In this document: positions 23,469 to 36,004 of the stretch, in pieces
Layout of the letters: every line of letters begins with the position of its first letter
Numbering within the stretch: position 1 is the first letter of the stretch
Source of the DNA: Reclinomonas americana ATCC 50394
Taxonomy: Eukaryota
DNA: 49,162 nucleotides
Reading direction: 5' to 3'
Assembly (NCBI GenBank): GCA_048213135.1
Contig: PS015512.1
Span: forward strand, 18,043-67,204
Notes under the pieces: model-generated
What the model was told of the DNA's origin: nothing
Seen by the model: only the letters and a program-made list of their open reading frames with translations
Database searches by the model: none
Position numbers and translations under genes: made by a program

Positions 23469-23829
23469 TGAGAAAAAGAAAGTGTAGGACAAGTGTCGAC
23501 GTTGTGGTGCCGAAGAAGGAGGAGGAAGCAGATCTCGTTCTGTTTCACAAGTACATGATGTAAGCGGTTGGTCAGAGAGATCCGAGGCAGAACAGCGTGC
23601 AGCAGCAAGTCTGCGGAGATTAAAGAGGTTATTTGACAGCTTTTTCTTGCGCGCGCGATCGAGCTCTGGAGGGCACGAGTCGGACCATTCCGCACCTCAT
23701 TCTGCTGCCCCGCGCGTGCACTACACAAGGCTATGACTTTGATGCGAAAGACAAGTGGGAGTGAGCTTGTGGGACGTCGACGTCCACTCATTTTTCCTCG
23801 TCATACAGTCATATCAATCGAGCACAAGA

Positions 23830-24730
23830 ATGCCACTGATTGTGTTTGTGGGCATTCCATGCGCAGGCAAGACCCGTCGCGCAGAGACACTAGCAGCCTT
23901 TCTGCGAGAGAAGCACAGCAGCAGCATTGGTGGAGGAGGTTCTTCTGACAGTCTCTCTTCTCTCTCTCCTTCTCGCACTGATCTGTGTTGTGCAGGTGAC
24001 ATCGAGGGAGAGGGCAGCAGTCAGCCAACCTCCGAAAAGTACGTGTGTGTAATCAACGAAGAATCGCTGCTGTTGCGCCGCAATGAGGCATACGCAGGTG
24101 CTTTATGATCGCACTCTCTCTCTCTCTGTCTTGTCATCAGTCTCATGGGTGTGTACGTGAGAGAGTAGAACCAATGTTGGAGAAGGAGACGCGAGGGAAG
24201 ATCAAGTCTGCAGTGGAAAAGTGCTTGACTCGGGAGTGCATGGTGATTGTGGACTCGTTGAACTATATCAAGGGCTATCGGTATGAGTTGTACTGTGTGG
24301 CGCGCGAGGTCGGGACGCCTTGTTTGACGGTGAGGGGTGAGAGGGGAAGAGAAGGAGGAGAGGCAGAAGAGGGAGGAGAAGGAGGATCATGGCGAGAAGA
24401 AGAGGAAGGATAGAAGGAAAGAGAAGGGGGGCGCGAAGAAGGAGACAACGAAGAAGAAGATGTAGGAGACGATGGAGAAGAATGTAGAGGAAGAAGCAAT
24501 CGCGATTGCTTTCAGCCTTGGTTTCTCTTCATCTCTCTTATTCCACCTTTACCTCTTTCCTCCTCTTCCTCCTCTTCTTCTTCTCCTCCTCCTCATTCTC
24601 TTTTTCTTCTTGTTCTTTTTCTTCTTATCCTTCCTGTTCTTCATCTTCTTCTTCTTCTTCTTCTTCTTCTCCCTCTTCTTCTTCCCCTCTCCTCCTATTC
24701 TTCTTCTTCTTCTTCTCCTCCTCCTCGCTG

Positions 24731-24807
<77 letters not shown>

Positions 24808-25685
24808 NNNNNNNNNNNNNNNNNNNNNNNNNNNNNNNNNNNNNNNNNNNNNNNNNNNNNNNNNNNNNNNNNNNNNNNNNNNNNNNNNNNNNNNNNNNNN
24901 NNNNNNNCTCTCTTTCTCTCTTCTTCTTCTGTCTTCTTCTTCTTCTTCATCATCATCTTTCTCCTCCTCCTTCTTCCTCTTTGTGCTCCCTTCCTCCTCC
25001 TTCTCCCTCTTCTCCTCCTTCTCCCTCTTCTCCTCCTCCTCCACGAACCTCACACGCATCTCTGATCAGGTATTCTGCGACACGCCGATGGAGGTGGCGC
25101 GCGAGTGGAACATGGAGAGAAGAGCACACGATCCACCATGCGACTCGTTCTCCGACGAGCTGTTCGAGGACTATGCTGGGCGCATGGAGGTGCCGGTGGA
25201 TTCGCGACGGTGGGAGAGCCCGCTGTTTACGGTGACGCCCGACGACGAGACACCGTTGCAGTTGATTTACGAGGCCGCTGTGCCTCCAGCCGACAAGGTC
25301 AAGCACTCTAAGCGCAGCTTGTCCACCAAGCCAACGCCGCTCTCCGACACCAACTTTCGTCACGAGCTGGATCGGGCCACCACGGCCATTGTCAATGCGG
25401 TGGCGGCGGCGCAGGATCAGGGCAGTCTGCCGGGTGAATATGTTGTTGTTCCCGGAGCCACCGAGCGGGTCTGTCCACACACACTCGTCGCTGACTCGTA
25501 TCCGCACGTGAGCTTGACTCCCTCTTTCCCTCCCGTAGGTACGACTCGGTGCGCCCGTGACGGTGGCGCATCTGCGACGACTGCGAGGCCAGTTCATCAA
25601 CCTGGCACAAATCAAGTCGCTCGATTCCACCGACAGTCTCGGTGACGCTTTTGTCGGCTACCTGAACGCACAGCTCGTACTGTAG
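23830..25685 (+). CDS. KTI12: KTI12 (Elongator-associated P-loop ATPase)
   Basis: MPLIVFVGIPCAGKTRRA, VIVDSLNYIKGYRYELYC, RMEVPVDSRRWESPLF, TNFRHELDRAT and LRRLRGQFI. Stop TAG at 25683-25685. Confidence 0.95.
24330..25045. repeat. Low-complexity GA-rich then TC-rich tract with a (CT)n microsatellite, inside KTI12 intron 3
   Basis: Purine-rich from 24330 to about 24495 and pyrimidine-rich from about 24510 to 25045, within intron 24330-25069. Confidence 0.9.
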
Positions 25686-25730
25686 AGTGGAGCAGCAGCA
25701 GCAGCAGCAGCAGCATAATAGACGCGGAAT

Positions 25731-26809
25731 TCATAGTTTTGCTTGCAAACCTCCCGTCGAGGATGATGGCGATGGTTGTGGTCTCTTCTCCTCCGCTTCT
25801 TCGTCCTCCACCGGTGGTGGTCTCGGATGCTGGTCCCACACCGATTCCTTGATACCCTGCGGAGGGAGCGTTGAGGGAGTTTGTACGTATGTGGAAGTGC
25901 AGAAGTGCAGACACACAACTTGCGGCAGCGACATTGCGATCGACAACAGCGTGCCTGCATCGACCGCCGACAGGTTCTCCAAGGCCAGCACCGGCACGCC
26001 AAAGACGCGTATTCTGGCCAGGCTCGACTGCCCCGACTGTCGATTGCCGGCGAGGATGCGAACGCGCACCACACGCGTGGGTCCGAGCGACTTGTCCGAG
26101 AGGTTCAGCTCAAAGGGCACACACTGCAGGCGCGCATGTCAGGCCACGCCACACACACGCATTCATGTGGGGTGCGCACCGGCTGCACGTTCTGCGCCAC
26201 TTGCAGCACAATCCACTTGGTGCCGTCCTCGCTGCGCAGCGAAATGTCGAGCTCGTACGGCGCATGCTGTGCGGGCGCCACCACCTCTATTCTTCGCACG
26301 TGCACCAGAAAGCGCAGACGGACCTGTACACACTCGACACACTCAACACACATACACACGCGCGCGCACAAGGCAGGCGAGGCAGCGAGACCTGCAATGA
26401 GATCGGGTACTCTGGCGAGGCCGACGACAACCAGAAGTCTTTGAGGCCGTATCGCAACACGTTTTCCAGCGGATGCCCCGGGTGTGTGCGAGTGGAGGCA
26501 CCCACAATGGTGGCCCCTGCTGACTCGTGTGCAAAGTCAAACACGCGATCCTGCAGTTGCTCTACGTGTGCATGCATGCATGCATGCGAATGAGTGAGTG
26601 AGCGAGTGAGTGATTCTTCCGCCACTGAGATGCGCACCGATGATCTTGTCTGTGACACTGCGACCGAAGAAGCTCGCGAGTGCGGTCTGCGCGGTCACTG
26701 TCAGTGTGTGCATGCGGGGTCGATGTGAGGGCGATCATGTGCGCTCACCAGCATCTTTGTACAACGAAATGCCGGGTTTCTCGTCCTGCCCCGCCGGCAA
26801 TCCTGTCAT
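25731..26809 (-). CDS. Galactose-binding-like (IFT25/HSPB11- or APC10-like) domain protein
   Basis: Spliced DFAHESAGATIVGASTRTHPGHPLENVLRYGLKDFWLSSASPEYPISLQVRL...VVRVRILAG...SLARIRVFG resembles the IFT25/discoidin jelly-roll pattern. The start codon and exact family are uncertain. Confidence 0.55.
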
Positions 26810-26962
26810 TGTGATTGCTGTTGCAGAAAGTGTACATTTTTGTGTGCCAAGCAGTCGGCGACAGAGAAAGAAAGAGGAGGAGGTGCAAAAGGAAAGAAAA
26901 GGAGGCAAAATCAATGAAGGAGAGCGAGAATTAACGCCGGAACGAGCGTCGCTCGTCTTCCG

Positions 26963-29900
26963 TCAGCGAACTGCAATGGAGAGCGGGTCAGTGCCTGCAG
27001 GGGCGAGAGAGAGCGTCTGCGCGCGTGATTGTCGCAACTTTTGCCGTGTACCAGTGACCGAGCGCAGGGGAGATGTGCTGCGCAGCGGTGTGGTGACGTA
27101 GGGATTCACTTCCGCATCCTCCTTTAGCGCACGGCTGCTCTCCGACTCGTACGAGAACGAATGCGCTCTCTGCACACGCATACAACCACAAAGGTCACCA
27201 CCATCAGCACCGCACAGAGGAAAAGAACCGCAATGAAAAACGAACCCGCGAGCCCGCAAGATCGTCAGCAAAGCGCACCGAGGTGCCGTACTTGATGGGT
27301 GTCACCGGCTGCGCGCCACCGTCACCACGACGCGATGACGCGAGCGACTGAGGTACGGCATGATCGCCATCCATGGCCGCCGCCGCCGCAGCAGCAGCCG
27401 CACTCACACCTCGCGATGAGGACGACGACGATGAAGCGTAGTGCGACCGATACACGGAGGACGACGATGACGATGACATGTAGCCACCGGAGGAGACCGG
27501 TGGCACTGGTGGCGGCGGCGGTGGTGGCGGCACTGGCAGTTCGTCCGTGGAAAACGCCTCCTCGGCGTACGATGTGGGGCGCACCGCAGAGAACGCTGTC
27601 GACTCGTACGGTCGTCGCTCGGCCAGACGCTGCGGCGGTGAGTACGGATGGTACGGTCGGTGGGTGGGCGAGTGGTCGGCCGAGCGCGAGACGTGGTTTC
27701 GCGACGAGCCGCTACCAGCAGTGGGCGATGGTGATCGACTCCGGCGCGCATTGGCCAGCGACGAGAAGCCGCTGCTCAACACCTTGCTGTGGTCGGCCGC
27801 AGATGCGCGCATCGGTGGTGACGGTGATCGTGGTCTGTCGCGTCGGCTGTTTGGTGTAATCGGATGCCGTCCTGGGTAGGCAGAGATCGGTGGTGCAGCA
27901 GCCGACGCCGCAGCGCTGGCCTCCGACGCCAACTCCAGGCGCGAGCGCAGGTACGCCGAGTATGGCGAACTGTGCGGGCGGCTCGGTGGCGAGAAGTGGC
28001 GAACCAGCTGCGCATGCACACACACACACATGAGTGTTAGCGGCACGAAGCGCAAGCACATAATCACGCAGACGTACCGGGAAATCGTGACCGTCACGCA
28101 CGGGCGAGAGGCGGCGAACCTCGCCCTTCAGAATGTCGACTTCGCGAGACATGTCACGCACGGTCTCCTTCAAGTTGGCATTCTCGTGCTCCAACAACTC
28201 AGTGGAATCCATCTCACGCTTGACCGGGAACAGGGTCTGTGCTGTCCGTGTCGATCCGCTGTGCGACAGCGCATCCGACAGACTCCGATCAAAGCCGAGC
28301 GACTGCCGCGCCACAACACAACATGAGGATGTGACCTCTCTCGTTTTCTTTCTGGTACTTATGGAGTAGCACGCACCGAAGAACTGCTGAGACCGTACGT
28401 GAAGCGATCGCGCAGCGGTGTGGTGGCGCGAGCGGCAGAGAGCGGTGGAGCGACCGACACGGGCGCGCGAGAGGTAACGCGGCTCGTGCTCATCTGCGTA
28501 CACGAGGATGAGACGTCGGGCAACAGCCCCGACTGCAAAAATCAATGCGTGCGCACCCTCAAATCATCGAGGCGACGCGACACATCCTCCGACTGGCGCA
28601 GGCGATCGTTCTCAGCCTCCAGCGCCCGGATTCGAGCATTCAGCAGATCCACTTCCTCGGCCATCTGACGCACGCGTGACATGTTGTGCACATTCTCGCT
28701 GTTCGTGTGCTTCGTCTCCGCCTGCGTGAGAGTGAACGAGATGGTGAGAAGAAGTGGAACACGACGAGCCTCCAAAAGCACTCAACTTCACGCTCGGCAC
28801 GCAGCAGCACGACGCGATGCTCAGCGTCCGACAAATCGCGCTCCAGTCGCTGCTGCGTCTCACGCAGAGCGTGGTTCTCCTTGACCAGGCGATGCCTGTC
28901 ACGAACACGAAAACGTTCAGGTAAGAGATTTCACCGACGCCTCGACAATGTGCGTGCACGAAACTTGTCGTCGTCGTCCATCAGATGATTCTGTTCGAGA
29001 AGCGAATTGTGGCGTGCCAAGTTGGCCAGCTCACTCTCCAGTGCGCGAATCCGTGCATGCTTCTCTGCATTGTCATCCTTCAACAGACTCAGTTCCTTGG
29101 CGGTGGCCAGACGGTCGCTACGTTCCATCTCGACTGCACGACGGAGGCCCTCAATGGTACGCTCGCAGTCCTCCTTGGCGCGCAGCAGCGACTGGCGCAT
29201 CTCCTCCTTGGACTGTGTCGACTGTGTGGCGTCGTCCTCGTACGCCTTTAGCTGTCGATGCAGTGCGCGCAGTTGCTCGTGCAGATCAGTTCGTTCGCGA
29301 ATGAGTGCGCCGACCTCTGAGCGGCCCTCACGCTGCGCAGCAAGGTGAGCATTCACCCCCGCACATAGGCGTGATGATGCAAGCAACCAAGAGTGACAAA
29401 CCGCCCGATCATCGGCATCACGCTCCACCTTTTGCAGCATCAGCGACTGCTGCTCGTCACGCTCCTCGTACTCGGCCAGTCGGCGTTGCAACCGGCTGAC
29501 TTCATCTCTGCACGAGACAAAGTGAGCAACGCCAAAACACAAAACAAGGAATACACAACGTGACAGCGACTGACGCACCGCAACAACACAGTCTCGCGCT
29601 CCACGCGACGCTCTGCGTCCGCCACCGTTTGTGCCTGCAACACCAACAAATCACTCAGCCATGAACAGTCCATTTGCCAGAACCCCGCTGCCAACAACGC
29701 ACCGCCAGATCCGATTCCTGAGCGGCACTGCGCAGCAGGGTCACACTCTCGGCGCGCTGCTCGGCCAGCTCCTGTCGCAAGCCGTCAATCTCGTCGCCCA
29801 GACGCGCGTTTTCAACACGCATACGATCCAACGCATCCGACGGCGGATCGGAGAGACGCGCCGCTCGTGCCTCTCCTCGCAGCTCCACATTCTCTCGCAT

Positions 29901-30748
29901 CACGGCATCGATTTCCGCATCCTTCTCCGCCAGTCGGCGGTTCAGGTCGCGAATCTGCTGCACCGACGACTCCTTCAGATCGTCCAATCGCTGCGACAAG
30001 AGCAAACGATCGGCCTCCAACTCGGCCACACGATCGTCCGCTCCGTGCCTCGCTCCATCCTCCAGCACAGCAATCTGGCCCTCCAGCATGGCGACGCTGT
30101 CGCGGGAGAAAAGGTGGAGAAGTGAGTGGGAATGGAGGGGAAGGAGAGAAGAATAGGAGACATGCTGCATGCTCCTGTCTCCTATCCTCACCGATGCCGC
30201 ATCTCGTCACGCTCCAATCGCAAATCATCAATCTCCCGCTGATACAAGCGCATACGCTGCTCCAGCTCCTGCGACGCCTGCAAACGCGACGCCAACGCAC
30301 TCATCTCCTGCTCCAAGAACACATTTCGACTGCGCTGGTAGCTCAACACCCGCTCCAGTTCCTCCACCGTTCGCTCCTGCACAAAAACGCAACCAGTCAC
30401 CACGCGCGTGCATCCACATCATCAACCGCAGCGAAAGTGCACGAAACCAGCGGAGCAGCGGCAGAAGCAGCAGCGGCCGCTGATGGATCTGTATCCGACG
30501 GCTGCGGCGGCCACTGTCGCGTCACAGAAGTTGCTGACTCGCCCGCTCGACTGCGCGTACATCGTCAGGCATCCACCAAGCACACGCGCACACGGAATGC
30601 GTCTCTCTCGTTCACGTTGCGCGCGAAAGAACATGCAAAGTCGCACGAACCTGTTGTGAGGAATCGCCGCTGCCTGTTCGCTATCGGTCGCCGACGATCG
30701 CGCGCGCTGCGGCTGCTGCTGCTGCTGCTGCTCGCTCTCCGACGACAT
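26963..30748 (-). CDS. Long coiled-coil protein with a Ser/Pro-rich disordered C-terminus
   Basis: Chain of E/R/L/Q-rich heptad exons joined by GT-AG introns (e.g. RMRVENARLGDEIDGLRQELAEQR, LLEHENANLKETVRDMSREVDILKGEV). The C-terminal exons are rich in RSPSP and poly-Pro. No family recognised. Confidence 0.7.
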
Positions 30749-31553
30749 GGTGGTGAATCTGTCGCGCACAAGACATGCATGAAAAAACGCACGCACGCGC
30801 ACACATGCGACGAATACGACAACACACACACACACAAGCGCGCGTACCACGAGAAAAAACGCGCACGAGAGAGAAAGACACGCGTGTGTGGCTACGTGTC
30901 TACTGACTGTTACACCGATCAAACGGAAGAACAGCACAGAGCGCGCGGAAAGTCACAGAGAGAGAGAAGAAGAGAGGGGAAATGGCGGCGACCACACACG
31001 CGCGCTCGATCGCTCACGCCCGCGTTCGGTGCACGCACATCAAAGGAAGAGAGACAACGACAAGAGTGCAGACGCCACACACGCAGAGACACACACACAC
31101 GCATTGCAGAGCACAAGGAGGGCGGACATTGTCTCTTGCACGCAATGCACTCTCTCTTTTTCGTGCAGCTGCTGCTTGCGTACCGCAGAATGGACTCGCG
31201 ACGTGCAGCCTCACGCTCGCCAGGGAACATCTCCTCGTCATTCGCGGCCATTTTAGAGGAAACACGCGATCTGTCGATTCGTCAAGCAGTGAAAGTCGGG
31301 TGCTTGGCCGTGCTTCTGTGTGATCGTGAGTGAGCGCGCAACACACACGCGCATACACATACAGAGAGAGAGAGAGCACAGGAGAAGAGAGAAGAGAAAC
31401 TAAAAAAAGCAATCGTGTGTTTGTGTTTGCGTTGTCATCAAAGTGACCCCGTGTTGTCTCTCTTCTTGTTCTTTACACAGCTGTGTGTGTTTGTGTTGTT
31501 CCTCACTTCTTTGTTTGTGTGTGTTTTCGCAGTTGTTATTTTGACTGGGAACT

Positions 31554-34163
31554 ATGAGCGGCAAGAAGGGCGGCAACAAAAAGATGCAGGTGGAGAGAAG
31601 GCTGGATTTGAAGGCGTACTCGGAGAACCCTTCGGTTGAGTGCGGAGAGAGAGGAGGGGGGGGGTGGGGGGGTGGGAGGTGGGGGGAAGGGTGGGGAGAC
31701 TGAGAGAACAGTGTCGGAGTGTGATGGGCGCTGTTCAGAAGAGAAGGGCATTCATTCTCTTACCACGCGTCCGGAGGAAAGGAGAGTGAAGTGCCGGAGC
31801 AGTTCTCCGACGGATGAGAGAAGCCCCGCTCTCCCTTTCCTGCAGTCAGGAATCCCTTGCCAGTTTACGCGCTTCTTACATTTCTCTCTCTTTCTCTCTC
31901 GCAGTACATACGAGGCACTCTGCTGCTCGGTTCACCTACTGACGAGCAGGATGAGGGGACGGAGGCAGCGGGGATGACATCTGGTGACGAGAGTGAACGA
32001 GTGGACGAGGAGTTGGTGCGGTTGTCTGACGGAAACCCCAAGCGCACTCGTGAGAAGCAACATGAGCACGACCACAACATGCGCAAGATGTGGGCCAGTT
32101 GCGTGCACGCGGTGAGCAAGTTGCACTGCGTGCGTGTCACTCACCGTGCGCGTGCTGCAGTGTTGTTCATGACGGGCGGCTTCATGATTGTCGAGCTGAT
32201 TGTGGGGTGAGTTGTGGTAGTGGGAGGAGAGAGAGTGACGAGGAGCATAGGAGCTGACGCAAATTCCCGCAGTTTCTCAACAAATTCGCTGGCGCTGATT
32301 GCCGATGCGTTCCACATGATTAGCGACACGATTTCTCTGGTGATTGGTATGATGGCGCTGAAGGTTCGTGTGTGGTGGTGGCGGAGCATTGGCGCGTCGG
32401 GGTGCTGGTGTCTGACTTGTGTGACGGGGTGTGCGCAGGCGAGCAAGAAGGCACGCTCCGAAGCCATGACGTACGGCTACGCAAGAGCAGCAGTGCTCGG
32501 TGCACTCATCAACGGTGTCTTTTTGTTGGCATTGGTGTTTACGATTATTCTCGACACGATTGAGCGGTGCGTGGAGAGGGCGAAGGCCGGTGGGGAAGGC
32601 AGAGGGGTGGCGATTCACTCACTCTCTCCCCTGCGCACTCCCAGCTTCATCTCCATTCAAGAAATCTCGAACCCGAAGCTGTTGGTGATTGTGGCCGGCA
32701 CTGGTCTCGCAGTCAACCTGCTCGGCTTGGTGATTTTCGGTGGCCACGCTCACCACGGCCACAGCCACGGTCATGACCACGGACACAGCCACAGTCACAG
32801 CCACAGCCACGGCGAGGAACACGCTCACCACGACCACGGCCACAACCACGCTCACGGTGAAGATGTGGAGTGTGTCGCTGGTGCCGGTCACGGCGAGCCA
32901 AGCAGCGCCGGCCACGACCACGGACACGATCATGGTCCCGTTCATGGAAAGGTACGAGGGAGAGGGGTGCACGTTGCACAGAAAGCGACGACTTCTTCTC
33001 CCAACTCTCTCTTTTGTCCCTCTCACCCCCGTCATGCACACTACGCAGGACGGCCACATGAACATGCACGGCGTCTTCCTTNNNNNNNNNNNNNNNNNNN
33101 NNNNNNNNNNNNNNNNNNNNNNNNNNNNNNNNNNNNNNNNNNNNNNNNNNNNNNNNNNNNNNNNNNNNNNNNNNNNNNNNNNNNNNNNNNNNNNNNNNNN
33201 NNNNNNNNNNNNNNNNNNNNNNNNNNNNNNNNNNNNNNNNNNNNNNNNNNNNNNNNNNNNNNNNNNNNNNNNNNNNNNNNNNNNNNNNNNNNNNNNNNNN
33301 NNNNNNNNNNNNNNNNNNNNNNNNNNNNNNNNNNNNNNNNNNNNNNNNNNNNNNNNNNNNNNNNNNNNNNNNNNNNNNNNNNNNNNNNNNNNNNNNNNNN
33401 NNNNNNNNNNNNNNNNNNNNNNNNNNNNNNNNNNNNNNNNNNNNNNNNNNNNNNNNNNNNNNNNNNNNNNNNNNNNNNNNNNNNNNNNNNNNNNNNNNNN
33501 NNNNNNNNNNNNNNNNNNNNNNNNNNNNNNNNNNNNNNNNNNNNNNNNNNNNNNNNNNNNNNNNNNNNNNNNNNNNNNNNNNNNNNNNNNNNNNNNNNNN
33601 NNNNNNNNNNNNNNNNNNNNNNNNNNNNNNNNNNNNNNNNNNNNNNNNNNNNNNNNNNNNNNNNNNNNNNNNNNNNNNNNNNNNNNCACGTGCTGGTGCA
33701 CGATGCGCTGGAGGTGGATCATACCATTGAGGAGGTAGTCAGCGTGTTTGCGCGATACGGCGTCGAGTCGACCACCATTCAGCCGCTGGTGGTGCGCGAG
33801 GAGGCCGAGCAGTGCCTCACCTGCAAGCCGGGCGCTGGCGAGGGAGCCACGTCGTCGTCATCGGCGGCGACGGCGGCGGCCGGGCGGAGAAGTGGCGAAG
33901 GGTCGGCGGCCGGTGGCGGCAGTGGGGCGTCCGGCTCGATGCATCGGAGTATCGTGCTCAAGTGCCCCGACAAGTCGTGCGAAGGCATCCAGTTCCGGGC
34001 CGACGTGCCACGCAGTCGATCGGTGGCTTCGTCGGTCTCGGCCGCATCCTCCAGCTCCATGCTGCTGCTGCCACGCGGTGCCAGTGCCGGTAGTGTGGGT
34101 ACGGGGTTGACGGGGGCCGGAGGCAGCAGCACAGGCTTGAGCTCGGTGGCCGAGCGGGAATGA
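31554..34163 (+). CDS. Cation diffusion facilitator zinc transporter (ZnT1/SLC30-like) with a His-rich loop; contains an N-gap
   Basis: FMIVELIVGFSTNSLALIADAFHMISD (HxxxD metal site), MTYGYARAAVLGALINGVFL, GLAVNLLGL, a (HG/HS)n loop, NMHGVFL and C-terminal YGVESTTIQP. Start MSGKKGG is inferred from splicing. Confidence 0.92.
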
Positions 34164-34221
34164 GTGTGTGAATAAAGGATGTTCAGGAGATCGGTACCTA
34201 GATTCTTTTCAGGCGATGATC

Positions 34222-34294
34222 ATTCCTGTGGCACAGTGGTTAGTGCGTCTGCTTTACGCGCAGAAGGTCCTGGGTTCGACCCCCAGCAGGAATA
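34222..34294 (+). tRNA. tRNA-Val (anticodon TAC)
   Basis: 73-nt cloverleaf: acceptor ATTCCTG/CAGGAAT plus discriminator A, D arm GCAC/GTGC, anticodon stem TCTGC/GCAGA with loop TT-TAC-GC, T arm CTGGG-TTCGACC-CCCAG. Confidence 0.96.
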
Positions 34295-34299
34295 CCTAA

Positions 34300-34328
34300 T
34301 TTTTTCTTTTTTCTTTTTTCTTTTTTTC
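34300..34328 (+). terminator. RNA polymerase III oligo(T) terminator of the tRNA gene
   Basis: A T6 run begins 5 nt after the tRNA 3' end and is followed by further T runs. Confidence 0.8.
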
Positions 34329-34470
34329 TCACTGGCAACGAGTATCCTGCTGTTGCTGTTTGAGCTCACCGCACGCCATCATAGCTGGCGAGTGCCGTCT
34401 ATGCCTCCATCGCCTTCCTATTCTATTCGGTTTTCATTCACATCAATATCGATTTTTTCTTTTTCCCTTC

Positions 34471-36004
34471 TCACTGTCGCTCTCTCGCAACCGCCGGCGC
34501 ATGGTACTGCAGCGGGAACGGTGGCGGGTACATGGGCACGCCGGCTCCACCCTGCGCGTGCGCCATTGGCACGTACACGTACGCGCCGGTGGGTGCACGA
34601 AAGAGCGCCCACGTCACCGCAGGCTGACTGCTGGCCATCATCATCATCGGACCGGAACCAGAAGCTGCAGGCGCCGCTCGACTGCGTCCTCCAAATGGCG
34701 AACACGGCTGCGGCATGGTGTAGAACGCCGGCCCACTGCCCTCCATCAGCACCGAGATGCGACGCGAGTACGATCGCTGTTGCTGTGACGGCTCCGATTC
34801 TGCAGCTGACGCCGTGCTCGCTTGCCGGCCATCGTCGTGATCAATGGCAGGCTCGGTGGACGCGGTCCACGCGCCGCATTCGTTGTTGCGTCGCCTCTTG
34901 CGCACCTGGCACAGACTGAGCAGCAACTCGACCTCCTCCAGCTGCCGATCGTGTCGCTGCTCCGGATCCACCTCCACTGTCACACTGCGCTCGCTGTGAG
35001 CGCGCTTCGCTGCCGGATTCTTCTTCACGGCGCTGGCCCCGGCTCCGGCTCCCGAACCTCCCGCCCCGCCCTCTCGCTTCACCACACGAGCGCGGTACAC
35101 GGGAGCTGCGGCCGTCGCAGCAGTGGCAGTGGCAGCGGGTGCACGGGCACCGGTGGGCGACGCTGGCCACGGCTGCGGCTGCTGCTGTTGCATCATCATT
35201 GCCGCGCTTGCGGCAGCCGCAGCAGCCGCTCCACTTGCCACAGGTCGCCGCCTCGCTCCACCACCTCGTGCGCCTGCACCACCACCACCACCACCACCGC
35301 CACGACGCACACGGAACGTGGCACGGGCCATGGGGTTGCTTGTCGACGGCGAGCACACAAGCCGCAGACCAACACACGGCGAGTTGATGTCGGGCGCCTA
35401 AACGCGACGACGACACAGGTAAGAGACACTGGAAAGATAGAGACAGAGGCAGATGAAAAAACTCACCGACGACGACCGCGACCGCTGATGCCCACTGTGC
35501 GCACGATACTGCTGCTGCTGTGGCTGCGGCTGTGACGCATGCTGCATGGCCGCCAGCGCCTCAGCCGCCTCGTGCATCACCGGCGAGTCTTGCGCCATGG
35601 GCGTATTCGGCGGGGCCGCCGGCAACGACACCTGTGCACCTGCGGCCGCCGACAGCTGGAAGCCGGCAAACTGTCGTCGCTCGGCCAGTGAGGACGACGA
35701 CGAGGATGCCAGCGATGATCGTTGTCGAAGGAGCACAGCACGTGGAACTGACTCATCGCCGTCGCCAGAGGAGACCGCCGGCGATGATGCAGTCGCGTGG
35801 CTGTTTGGTGGAGAGAGTGTAAGTGGCGTGATCAGTGATCCTCTCTTTCCGTCGCAGTCACCTGGAGAGTGCCGGCGGTTTCCGATAGGCTCCTCCGCTC
35901 AACCGCACGCGCTCCTCGTCCTCGTCTTCACTCTCGTACACTCGCATGGAGGCCGGCGATCCGAGACCGCTCATGGGCGATGCAGGCGGAGATATCAGTG
36001 CCAT
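34471..36004 (-). CDS. Low-complexity, probably disordered protein (poly-Q/A/G, SP-rich), possibly a regulator
   Basis: At least three exons splice in frame from MALISPPASP to HAPAVARERQ*. No folded domain recognised. Short amphipathic motifs EAAEALAAM and EEVELLLSL are present. Confidence 0.6.

Noticed and set aside
24472-25065. Poly-Phe/Leu or poly-Glu/Lys/Arg ORFs
   Set aside because: They are translations of low-complexity sequence inside KTI12 intron 3.
34222-34294. tRNA as an ochre suppressor, because TTA appears in the loop
   Set aside because: The 5-bp stem TCTGC/GCAGA fixes a 7-nt loop with TAC at positions 34-36, and the body resembles tRNA-Val.
34342-34350. GTATCCTG as a second U12 donor
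   Set aside because: It is intergenic on the + strand, imperfect, and has no matching branch site or exon context.
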